Shown: positions 40,498 to 52,090 of the stretch, piece after piece | Layout: each line of letters begins with the position of its first letter | How positions within the stretch are numbered: position 1 is the first letter of the stretch | From: Hydrolagus affinis | Taxonomy: Eukaryota | Assembly (NCBI GenBank): GCA_012026655.1 | Contig: JAAILG010000019.1 | Span: 124,001 to 188,000, forward strand | Direction of reading: 5' to 3' | DNA: 64,000 nucleotides | Translations under genes and position numbers: made by a program | The notes under the pieces: generated by a model | Told to the model about the DNA's origin: nothing | The model's input: the letters and a program-made list of their open reading frames with translations, nothing else | Databases searched by the model: none

Positions 40498-40635
40498 GAA
40501 ACATGATAGAATTATACAGCATAGAAGGCAGTCTTTCGGCCCATCTTGCCTGTGCCAACTCTTTAAAACAATGATCCTAATTAATCCACCTCCCCCACTC
40601 TCTCCCTATAGCTGTGCAAATTTATCCTCCCAAAT
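40498..40635 (-). mobile_element. CR1 3' UTR fragment
   Basis: atagaattatacagcatagaaggcagtctttcggcccatcttgcctgtgcc matches the reverse complement of 51850-51905. Confidence 0.75.
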
Positions 40636-40764
40636 AGTACCTCCTTATACTAAATATACCACACAGCATCGTTATTCCTTGTGCATATGGGAAGTTCAGT
40701 TATCTGTAATGCGGCAATTGGTATTATCATCAAATATGATCCAAGTGAAAAAATGACATTTATT

Positions 40765-41001
40765 CATTAAAGATCTTAGGCACTGACTCTGAAAAGAGTT
40801 TCTCCGTGTGTTCTGGCCAACAACAACCCCATATGAGATTGGTCATTCATTTCATGGTTAATTGTAGGTCTTTGCTGTGTGCACATTGGCTCCTCCTTGG
40901 TACAGTACAGTACCTACATTTTACAGTAAATCTGTGAAGCACTTTGAGACGTTTTGATGATGTGATTAGGCACAATATCAAATGCAAGGATTGTTATTAT
41001 T
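40765..41001 (+). mobile_element. DeuSINE-type SINE fragment ending about 30 nt upstream of the NPAS3 acceptor
   Basis: aaagatcttaggcact...ctggccaac...ttgctgtgtgcacattggct...gtgaagcactttgagacg...caaatgcaaggattgttattatt. Confidence 0.8.
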
Positions 41002-41031
41002 AAATCTTAGAATGTCTTTTTTTATATTTAG

Positions 41032-41114
41032 CTATAGGAGCCCAACGGAGGAGGAGCCCAAGTTCCAAGGCGATTGAAGTGTTTGAAACGCATTTGGGCA
41101 GCAATATTCTACAG
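41032..41114 (+). CDS. npas3: Internal coding exon of neuronal PAS domain protein 3 (bHLH-PAS), linker leading into PAS-A
   Basis: Acceptor ttttttatatttag|CTATAG and donor CAG|gtaagt. The exon is 83 nt, phase 1 in and phase 0 out. It translates as [28 protein letters not shown], closely matching recalled NPAS3 [28 protein letters not shown] and matching NPAS1 less well. An alternative acceptor gives a start at 41038. Confidence 0.93.
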
Positions 41115-42649
41115 GTAAGTGACAGAACCAGCTGGGATTATTTTGAAAAAATGTCCTTGAAAACGGTGGCTAAATTGGTTGGAAAATATTTTATTGAAGC
41201 TTGTTTGGAGAGGTGTCCAAAAGTGTGCTGGTAAAGGCAATTTAAAGGATTATATGTAAAATATTGACGTACTTTAAATATGAGCTGTCTTGGTTTGTTA
41301 TTACAACAACTGAACATTGCTGTTTGATTAAAGTACAGCAAAAGAACACTCATTAGGATTTAATGCCTTTGAACTTGAACTTCTATAACATTTTGTTGCA
41401 AATAAGTATTGCATTTAATATGTGTGCTGAAACTATATATTAAAATGAGCACTTAATGAATGCATTTTTGTTAATCATACAAAAACTTTGATTAATGTTA
41501 TGTATAAATTCCCCAGGGAAGCAGGACTGAATGGATGAATTATTATTTTAATAACTCCTCTTTCGCTCATCACAAAAGAATAAATGCTGTATAAAAGTTA
41601 CCCATTGGCATTTGGATGATTTATCAAATAATCCTTTATAACTTAGTAAAACAAAGCTGTACAAATATGTCTAAATTGTGCTTTAACCTAGAAATCTGCC
41701 CCTAAGTACTTCTTGAACAAGTATTTTAATAGAGAAGAAAAAAATCTTAGCATCACATTCCCTAGTGTTCATATTCATGTTAATGAACCAAGTGCCCTTG
41801 AACTATTTTGGAGTAGCTATAAAAATGGTATAATTATCTTTAATTTGTATAAACATAGTCTTTTGCAGTACTATTGAACTATATCTGACCAATCTCATTA
41901 TTGGTGCAATAATAGATGATAAACAGTGGATCACTTTTAGATATATTATGACATTTCAGTTAGTACCTAGATGGCAAGTTACTCAAAACAAAACCGATTT
42001 TGAAACCATTCAAGATCACTCATTTTTAATAAGATTGTTTTTCTCTTGATTGATAAACTGCAATAAATAATTCTGAAAAATGCATTCTGTAGAGTTTCAT
42101 TTTCAAAATAGTACTACCTATGTTCTTCTTTCTTTGTTTTTGAATTCAGTTGAAGATCTCCATGATTTTGTAGGATTGAATGCATGACTGAATTTGGGGC
42201 TTAATCAGATGAGCTGGATTTCTTCTCTCTCACACACTGATATAAGGGCCGTTACTGAGCTTATTAAGGTTTTTATACCTGCTGAGTAAGCTTCTTACTC
42301 TGTTAGGCTTTGAGCTGTACAAGAAATGTTGAAAACTGTAAATAATCTACATCTATAGAGGTATGAGCTATTTTTAACAAGATAACTTAAAACGCTAGTT
42401 AGGTATAAATTGCCTTACTGAAATGGTTCACTGCGTTCACATGTTTACCATGCTGGAAAGCCCTGATTTTCATTAAAGAGGGGGGAAAAAAACAACAGCT
42501 ATTTTTGATCCAGAAATGTACAGTACTTTTCTATCACAGCATTTTGTATCGTATACATTGCATGCTCTCACTAGCATTCACAGTTTCCATTCTCATGATG
42601 TTTTCATCCTTTACTGAAAGTGGTCAATCATGCTCAATAATAGTCAAAG

Positions 42650-42930
42650 CTATCTAGTACCTTGGCCAAGTTATTCTGTCAATAACTGCTGGTGGTCTGT
42701 TCAGTTACAAAGACTAATCCAAGCTTGCACTTGTGGCATGGACTGCTGGATAGAAATAGGAAGCTTTTTCCCCTTTGCCAATGTAAGACATGGTGGCCAA
42801 TTGTCTGCATTACTATCACCCTGGGAGAGAATGATTAATTTAACACAGATCAGAGATCAGACTTGGGACCTTTTTGTTCTTTATAAAATGCTTCTGCTCT
42901 AAATTGGACTTTTACCTCCTGAGCCATTGG
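42650..42930 (-). mobile_element. AmnSINE2-like SINE, decayed
   Basis: gtaccttggccaagt...ggccaattgt...taacacagatcagagatcagacttgggacc...ctgagcca. Confidence 0.55.
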
Positions 42931-43880
42931 GAAAATGTTCCAAAATATAATGCAAGGGTCTTATCTAAGGCATTTATAAAATTATTTCTAAGAGGCAAAT
43001 CCAGATGTTACCAATTGGGGAAGTCTTGGAAAATAAGTTTTATGATGTGCACTCTGCATTGACTCCTGAATTTTAATGCTAATACAACATAGTGCCAATG
43101 TCAACTGGATGTCAATTAAATCCGATCCATTAGTGGTGCTCAGGATAATATTGATAGCAACGATGCATTTGGTGCCTAAGCATTCAGAACAATTTGAAAT
43201 TAATTGTGTTTAAAATGTAATTATTGTGCTCTGTCACAGATTTAGTCACCTGCATTTTCTAATTCTCCCCTTCATAGACGTGTTTCATTCATTTGATTTG
43301 AATTTCTTCCCATGTTCATCTGTAGTACAAGTTATGCCCTGGAATGTTGCATTGAGCCAAGGAAAAGTACTTAAATTCCACTAGATTCTGTGATTAAGGG
43401 TTAGTGGATTGTCCAATGTAAGATGTCCTCTGCAGTCATGTACTATTCTTAAGATATGACATTCCAATTGTTCTATTAATGACATGCTCATGCTAGTAAA
43501 TGTATTATACAGCAGGTGGTTGTGGTTGTCAGTAGGTCAAGTTGAGGGGATTCATAATTAACATCAATATATACTGAAAGTCTGGTGAGGCGTGGCCTTT
43601 TCAGGAAGGACTTGTTCTCAGCAAATTGTCCCCATTAATCTTCAGTTAAATAGATTGTAGAAAGTTTGGGAATGACATTTTAAAAAGCCTACTCTAGTGT
43701 GATTAATACAAGTGAAATTAATTAATAATGGACAGACACAAAGCAGACATTACTTTCCTTTTTAATAATGTTATTGAATCATGGTTTTAAAATATGCATT
43801 TTAATAAATGTATAATATCCTTTATATCAACTTTTAGTTGTTACAAAATACTCATTTTAACCTGTATTTAGTACTCTACT

Positions 43881-43961
43881 GCATTCCAAATTAAAGGAAT
43901 AGTCTATCCATTATATCTAGTCAGTGTAATTTCGGCCATATTAAGTTCTTGATTGCTATAT
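43881..43961 (+). repeat. Copy A of a local ~85-bp direct duplication (copy B at 45565-45650)
   Basis: gcattccaaatta...gtctatccattat...cagtgtaattt...ttaagttcttgattgctatat occurs in both copies. Confidence 0.9.
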
Positions 43962-46520
43962 GTATATAAATGGGCTCAGTGACAAGTTTTCTGGAGTAGC
44001 AAGTTAGGAATAGGTAAAAAAAAAATACGTAAGTAAATGTGGCTGGGATATTGACAGCAAAATGACCTTAATAATGACAAGTTAAACTGAGGTTAAGATA
44101 TCAGGAGGTTTCTGTATATGTAATGTCACTAATTACAAAATATATTGTGATGTTTTGCTTAATTTTATTGGAGGTCATTTGTATTAATAAGATAAAAATA
44201 TACCTGGAATCCACGTTCTATTTTCTCAGCTTTGCCTATGTTCCAGAAATGTAACCCCATTGTGTAAAGTCATGCTCCAATAGAAGCTCTCCTTCTTGAA
44301 GCATTTACGATGAAATGAAGGGGTTGCTTAGGGCTTGAACAAAAATCCCAGTACATCAAGGTTTTTGTTCTGCTGGAGTTAGAAGTTGGAAAATTAACTT
44401 CAAAGCCTTATTCGGGACCATTGTTTTCGTCTGATCCTGAATACATTTCCTGTAATTACAATTTAGGTCTGCAACAATCACCTTTGTGGTCTGAAATAGT
44501 AGCCATTCCTTGGAAGCATTCTGGTTTTTTGTGGGGAAATTATGAAACAAATAAAAGACTTTGTTATATTCCAGTATCATTATTCGATGATGGAGTTTGC
44601 ACTCTAGATTCTCCATAAATTACTAGAAATGCCCTTAAAAGTCATCCCCTTGGTACATGACCAGATGTACCAGATGGGTAGTTTATTCTCAAATACAAAT
44701 CAATGCTGTTTATTGCACAAAATGTCAGACACATCCCCACTGGTAAATTTGTTATTGTTAAGCATCCTGCTGCCAAACAAATTAATTAAAGTAACATTCA
44801 CATCAATTCAGTGTAAAGAAAGATTATGATCTTCAAACTTTGTTTTCGGGGGGTGGATAGGGTTAGGGTTAGGGTGGTGGATTTATGAATATATTGATGA
44901 TATCAGTTCCACTGATAATAAATAAGGAAGATCCACCAATAGATTATCTTTGCCATATTTAGTTTATCAGTTGTTTGATGGAGGGGTTGTAATGGGAGGG
45001 GTTGATTTCATGTCAACATAAAATCAATTAGAATGCCATAAAAATATGGGCCAAGGAATTGATCATGTAAACCTTAGTCGTATTAAAATTGAGCCATTCA
45101 GGTTATTCAGTCTTTCTCCACTCTGCTATATATATAAACCCGATTCCCAAAGTTCTGTTTCGTCTGTAGTCATTGTCAATTGTCTGGTTGGCACACCTGA
45201 AAAAGTTAATCAGGTCTGCTTGGTCATGTATATATTTGGCAAGTGCTTTGAAACATTATTTTACATGAATAGTATTATTTAAAGTTATGGACATTATTAT
45301 TGTCCATGAGATCACAATGGTATCTTGGTTCAATACAAAACTACATACGTATGCTGTGGTAATGTACTATTCAAGGCAAACTGGGCTATTGTGGAAAAGT
45401 GGTCTGAATATTGAATCGCCTGATTGCTAAAGTGTCCACAAGATGAGGCTGTGTCTATTTTTAATTAGAATACAGGAACAATAGAGAGGACATTTAATAG
45501 ATAGTGAAAGTGCTTGTTTCATTCAAAGAAAGATTAAACTTCATTAGCAGAATTTCTTTGTTAAGCATTCCAAATTAGTGGAATGTCTATCCATTATGTC
45601 TACCCAGTGTAATTTGTGCCATACAAGTATTAAGTTCTTGATTGCTATATCTAAATTAGGTATATTTTGTGTTCCTCATGTGAGGCTCCGATGATCTGAC
45701 CACAGGAAGACTATCTTTTGAGAGATTCAAGTGAGAGATTCTTCCTATGCTTAATTGAATAAAGGTTGAATTCAACTTCTCCCATTGCTGCTGTATATAT
45801 GTGTGAATCTGCTTCATTCCTTGAGTGGCTGCCTGGGAAGCAATACAGAGCACAATAAAAAGCACACAAACAGCTACATAGCAAAAAAAACAATCATTTC
45901 AAGCAAGAGCACTATATCTTTTGCTGTCAATTCCAGACCCAGCGGGTCCACAATCATCATTGAACCTTTAGAGTAGCCAATAACTGAATTTCACCCATTT
46001 CCTGCCCCAAGCTTGGTTCTACTTAAGCACTCTGAGACACTACTCTGTGTGGAAGCCACTTTTTAAGTGCATGTTGTTGTTGTTTAAAAAAGATGTCAGG
46101 ACTGAAGCCCAAAACACATTTTAATTAGACTGAGTTCAAAATCTTCAGAAATAATTTTATTTCTCTTACATTCAGTTCAAAGAAATTTGGTGGAGCCCTG
46201 CTAGATAACCTGTTCAATTCTGTTCAGGTTAATATTTGATTATCAAATAGTACTCACTTGCACAGGCCATTCAATTGGCATGATACTGCATCTAACCAAA
46301 TCTTTTGGCTTTGCGGTTGTTGTGGTTTCCTTCCAAGGCAGAACTACCTGGTGCAAAAGTGTGCGGTTGAGGCCACAGCTCATCCAAAAATACAACAAAT
46401 ATGAATTGGAGCCCCAGTGGGAGTAGGTTTTGTTTGTGTATTGTTATGAACTGACACTACTAAGTTCTTCCAGACCAGGGGTAGAAAGCACATGTTTCCA
46501 TATCTTACTGCATACCTCTT

Positions 46521-46599
46521 TATGTTCTCAAAGCATGAAGAAAACAAAGTAACCTGAGAGTCTCGGATTACTTTGTTTTTCTCATGCTTTGAGAACATA
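46521..46599. repeat. 79-bp near-perfect palindrome
   Basis: 39-bp arms with 35/39 complementary positions and a 1-nt centre. Confidence 0.95.
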
Positions 46600-48589
46600 G
46601 AACTCGGCTGCTTGGGGTGGGGTGGGGGAGTGGGGGGGCGGGGGGAGGTGTTGGTGGGGGGCAGGGGGTGTTGAAAGAGCAGGAGTAGTATCTCTAGGGA
46701 TTTGAGTTTCTGTTGGAGTTTATAGAGTATGTCAGGGATCTGAAGATAATGGTGAAATTGCTGAAGTAGGATTAAAAAAAATCAAATTACAATTTATTCA
46801 CGTTTGCTGGCTATCTCTTGAAAGGACGTAGGTTGGTTTAACTGCAGCAGCTTGCCAACTTTTGAGATTTCCTTCGAAAGCCAAGTTGTGAACATACTTG
46901 AGGCAACCCTGGGGCATTTTCAGTGAGTTGCAAGTTCCCCTCCAGGCAATGAGGATAACTGACACTGTGGAATACTTTTAGATCTTAATTAGCAACATCT
47001 CCGTCACTGAAAGCCAGATTATTCAGGTGTTTGGAAATGCGTGCGTAGGGGGGTGGGCTCTAACTCCAATAGCAGCCATGGCTTTTGGATTGGGTGAAGC
47101 TATTAATTCTTTGCTTTTAACCATCATTAAGTAGGGAGATTTTATTATATGAGATTTTATACAATGCCATTTTGTTGGTAATTACACCATCTCAGAAGTG
47201 CTTGTGAAGAAGGCTATGGCAATGCTAGAAAAGTTAATATTTGGAGGGGTGGGTATGAAATGCTACAGCTATTTTTCTGTTTTTGTTTTCTTGTTAGATT
47301 ATTCTCGCTTCACCTAGTTTTGCTTTATTTCTACCTTCACAGTTCTCCTTCAACTGACATATAACATAAGGTCAGCCAGATTTTCCTTCACAAAACTAGG
47401 CATTGCGACTTTCAGTTGTCCATTTAGCATCCTGCACCCTAAAGATGGAGTACCAGAGTGATGAGCTGACCCCATCTCAATCCATCCCTCTCGTGCAGTA
47501 TGCACTTCTGTTTCTGTATAGTTTTTGGTTTTGATATCCACACAGCAGATTGTATCGAACAGGATTCCACTGCAAATTGTTTTTTTAATGGAAATGGAGC
47601 GCACTTGAGCTGGAATCTGTATTACTGATTTGCTTTTAAACAATGAAGACCCACTAATGCCTTACCATTATAGCTGACTGAAGCAGGAAATTCAGTAATA
47701 TGTCATTTCTTTTCAATGAAGAATGCTGAAAGAAAATTGCACTTCTTAAAGCTATTTGTTGACCATTTGGTTGTCCTCCTACTGAGGGTTGTCATTTTCT
47801 TAGTCAGTGGACTGCATTGATTTCGACAGCTGCAATAGGTCTTTAACAGGAATGGTGAAGCTATCTTCAGTATGTAGATTTGGAAGGGCAAGGTTCTTTC
47901 TCCTTGCATTCATCCACTTATTTATATATGTAGAGTAAGTTCTGCAATTTGATTGTCTGACAGATTGCGGATAAACCTTGCCCTTTGAGGTGGGAAGGGG
48001 GAGAATTGCCTGTTTTTTCAGGTAATATATTGCCATTTCGAAGCTTAGTTAAGCTGCTAACCATAACAAAAACTGATTTCAAAGATGTAAGATGCATAAT
48101 ACTGGTATGCAGGTAACCAACGATCCATTGTTCAAGAAAGTAGTTTTGATTTTATGAGAAATCACACAAAATGGAAATGCACAATCTTTCCTCTAGAAGT
48201 ATAGATTTGTAAAATGCTGTTAAAATTCACTTAAACAATAGAAAAATGTAATTAATATTTGTAATGTAATGACACTTTGTTTTCTAGCTATGAGGAAAAA
48301 GTTAATGTTTTGGGGTTATTTTCTTTGAATCTGCACCAGATAGATTATATTACACCTTTCACATTGGGAGAACAACAACAAAATGACAACTATAGTGCGC
48401 CTTTCACGTCAAGAGAACACTTCAACGCACTTTATGAAGACTGACTTGAAGGAGCAGTAACTGGAGGAGTTGGGTGCAAGTCACTGTTACATTTGTATAT
48501 TACGGCATCCATTTCTATTTTGAATTCTCTTTCACCACAAAATTTGCTTTGTTTTAATCACAATATCCTACACAAATCCCTCCAAAGTC

Positions 48590-48952
48590 TTTACCATACC
48601 CTACCTCAACAATCTCCTTCAATTACCTGAATGCTCCCGTCAACTCAGCAAATACCAGCCTGCTTCATGTTCCTCCGTATCTGCCCCACCAGTGGTGGAA
48701 GGGCTTTCACCGCTGGCGGGGCAGCGGTTTCAGCCATTCTACCCCACTCTCTTGAACTCTATCCCGGAGCTTCTCCAACTCACTTCTTCTTTTACTTCTT
48801 CTCGTACCCTGTTCAAAGTCTGTCTCAAGACTTGCCCCAATTAATGTTCTTTCACCTCCCCTTCAGCTTCCATCTCAGCTCAACTCAGCCAGCAGTGTTG
48901 AGAGCATTGAGATATCCTCCTGACCTGAAAGGCCATATAAAAGTAAATTGTA
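48590..48952 (+). mobile_element. Old L2 3' fragment
   Basis: ctccaaagtctttaccata...ttgaactctatccc...gatatcctcctgacctgaaaggccatataaaagtaaatt. An opposite-strand tail lies at about 48371-48432. Confidence 0.7.
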
Positions 48953-50514
48953 TTGGATCATCCATGACCTCAATTTGTGGATCCTGTAGATTTTTAAATT
49001 GTAATAAATAATTGCAATGACTAACCAAGTACAGTAGTTGAAACAAATTCTAAAATTGCAAATAGTCTGAGTTCAAAAGTCAGCAAAAAACAAATAAAAT
49101 ACTGGTTTAGTTGAAACTTTTTGTACTGTAAAATTTAATTTACAGCTACAACAAAATTACACTTGTATAGTGCCTTTCACATCAATTTAGATACTTAATT
49201 AGATCTACTGATTATTTAATTCTTTGCCTAACATTTCCACTCTGTGTAATTATGCATTTCATGTGTCCCACCCTGCTACATTTTAAAAATGTGATTGTCT
49301 TGATCAATTTATTCCACTTTAAACTGCATATTACTATCAACTTGGGCCTAGGTTTTTGGTTGGTTGATTAATTTTTGGTATTGACGAGAATACATTGTAC
49401 ATTGTTTTACCAATGTACCACTCTTATTTGATTTGTAGTCAATGGAGTGAGTGGTAGGAAATCAAACTAAGGAATAGTACCTCTGAAAGGGATTTACAAG
49501 CCATTAATCCAATGCAGGGATTCATGTGACATCATAAACCAAGCGTGTGAAACACAAGTGATTTATGAATACCATTTGAAATCTGAGATTGGATTACTGG
49601 GTTTAATTCTCTTCTGAGTATTATTATTATTATTTATAGATGGGGTCTCATAAGTGTTGATTTGTATTGGGAGTCACTAATAGTGACTTCTGCCAATAAT
49701 CACAAGTGAATTCTGGGAGTCAATGTGACGCATTTGCAGTTACAATGTTAAGTCGCTACAGTATTAGCGATGCCTTCTTATGAATGGTTGCATTGATTCT
49801 AATATATATTTTATAGTGTGTTAACAAATTTAATTGTTAAATAAATAAGTGTTTTTTAACACATGGCAACCTTAATTGATTCCAGTATTTTGTCTCCATT
49901 TGGGACGTGGCTTGGTCAGTTTTGCCCAATTTTATATCCAGTGATCTTCCTGTATTAGTTCTTTCTCTTTGTTTTTGCCCCGTGTTTTATTTATCTTTCA
50001 TAACCTCCTTTGAGACCCCTACAGTAGACAGCATTCTCTTCCTGCGTCAAGGGTAAAGGGACCAACTCCTTCACGTCTGCACATGCCAGGGGCAACCGGT
50101 TCTGTGATGTTTGTTTCTGTCATGTGTGGCAATGCCTGGCTTTTGTTCAGCAGCTTCCCCTCAAGGCATATCCGAGATCAGAAACTCACAGTAGAAAGAA
50201 TCATGGGCTGTTTTTTGTTAACTTTTAAATAACACTGCGCAAGATTTAAAATGTTTTTCAATATTATTTTACAATACAGAAAAGATATCCTAGTTGCAGA
50301 GATCCATGTGCCAAAAATTAACTGGAAAAGGGACAAAGCAGCATATGGAAAATGCATGCCAGAAATTTCTTCTGATATTTTGAAAGTCAGAATTAGACAA
50401 CATGAAGATAGCATCACTAGTTATCAAAGTTTGAAGTTTTTTTTTCTAGAGGTAAACTTTGATTTTGCAAAAGTCAATTTCTCATCGCCTTATCAGTCAA
50501 TCCCTGTGTGAAGG

Positions 50515-50603
50515 TCATTAAAGTAAACTAACCAGCAATTATAACACAACCCAAGGTTAATACTTGGGTCATGCTGTAATTGGCGGTGAGTTTACTTTAA
50601 TGA
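50515..50603. repeat. 89-bp imperfect palindrome
   Basis: 41-bp arms with 34/41 complementary positions and a 7-nt loop gttaata. Confidence 0.9.
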
Positions 50604-50659
50604 GCCTCATGTAATGCATAACCATCTTTCAATTAAGTCCATTCTTTCTAATCTGATAC

Positions 50660-50794
50660 ATATCATATGTATAAACTGTCCAAGAAGCATCCCTTATGCT
50701 ACACAGCGTCTCCACCTGAGACTCCAGCTCAGCTATTCTAAGCTGGAGCTCCCTCAGATGCAGACATTTGCTGCAGACGAAATCGCCCGGTTTC
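50660..50794 (-). mobile_element. Inverted CR1 ORF1 fragment (zinc finger/leucine zipper)
   Basis: Minus-strand peptide PGDFVCSKCLHLRELQLRIAELESQVETLCSIRDA: a CxxC followed by heptad leucines, typical of the CR1 ORF1p zf/lz region. Confidence 0.75.
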
Positions 50795-50796
50795 GA

Positions 50797-51924
50797 ATGA
50801 GGAATGTGGCATGTGGGAGTTAATGGAGGGCAGCCTGAGACCGGGCGATTTCGTCCGGCAGAGAGTTGTGGCGAGTGGCTGCTTTTCAGATTGGAGGGAA
50901 GTGTGCAGTGGCGTCCCCCAGGGATCAGTTTTGGGACCACTGCTCTTTTTAATATACATTAATGATTTGGATTTAGGGAGTACAGTTTCCAAATTTGCAG
51001 ATGATACTAAGTTAGGGAGAATAGTAAATAGTGAGGAGGATAGTAGCCATCTGCAAGAGGATATAGATAAAATGGTAAAGTGGGCAGGCACATGGCAGAT
51101 GAAGTTTAATACAGAGAAGTGTGAGGTGATACACTTTGGGAGAAGAAATGAGGGGAGGCAATATAGGCTGGATAATACAATTTTAAAGGGTGTGAAGGAA
51201 CAGAGAGACCTGGGGATTTGTGTTAGTGACTTTTTGAAAGTGGCAGGACAGGTAGACAAAGCAGTTAAAAAGGCATATGGGATACTAGGCTTTATAAATA
51301 GGGGTATAAAATACAAAAGTCAGGAAGTGCTAATTAACCTCTATAAGACTTTGTTTAGGCCTCAGCTGGAGTACTATGTACAATTATGGTCACCACACTT
51401 TAGGAAGGATATTAAGGCATTGGAAAGGGTACAGAGGAGATTTCCTAGGATGGTACCAGGAATGAGGGACTTAAGCTATGAGGAAAGGTTAGATAGGTTA
51501 GGCTTATTCTCTCTAGAACAAAGAAGATTGAGAGGAGACCTAATAGAGGTTTATAAGATTATGATAGGTTTCGACAGGGTGAATAGGGAAAGACTGTTTC
51601 CACTGGTGGGTGAATCAGTGACTAGGGGTCACAAATTTAAAATAGTTTCAAAACGAAACAGAGGGGAGCTGAGGAGAAATTTTTTCGCTCAGCGGGTTGT
51701 TCAAATCTGGAATGCATTGCCTGAAAAGGTGGTGGAGGCAGATTCCATTACAGCTTTTAAAAGGGAACTAAATCTTTATTTAGGAAGAGCAGGTCTGTTA
51801 GGTTATGAGGAGAAAGCTGGGCAGTGGGATTGAGTTGCTCTGTTCAAAGAGCCGGCACAGACTAGATGGGCCAAATGGCCTCCTTTTGTGCCGTATAATT
51901 CTATGATTGTAATGATTCTATGAT
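50797..51924 (+). mobile_element. Young CR1 LINE: short ORF1 piece fused to an uninterrupted ORF2 RT C-terminal half, 3' UTR and (ATTCTATG)-type tail
   Basis: ORF to 51833 contains RQRVV..GVPQGSVLGPLLFLIYINDL..KFADDTKL..WQMKFN..CEVIHFG..RRLRGDLIEVYKI. Tail aattctatgattgtaatgattctatgat. Confidence 0.96.
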
Positions 51925-52020
51925 ATTAAATGCAAGGATTATGATATTTGTGGCAAAAGAAACTTAAATTCCAGCAGCTGCAGAATACCATTCCCTGTGA
52001 TTGCTTGTAAATAGGGGATA

Positions 52021-52090
52021 TGGCTTTGAGATGTCTAGAAGACGTGAAAAGCGTTATATCAAATGCAAGGATTATTATTATTATTATTAT
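52021..52090 (+). mobile_element. SINE 3' tail only
   Basis: gctttgagatgtctagaagacgtgaaaagcgttatatcaaatgcaagg(att)n. Confidence 0.8.

Noticed and set aside
50738-51316. 192-aa minus-strand ORF
   Set aside because: Antisense shadow of the CR1 RT.
50811-51833. 340-aa ORF as a host gene
   Set aside because: Truncated CR1 RT lacking the endonuclease and N-terminal RT motifs, with no evidence of domestication.
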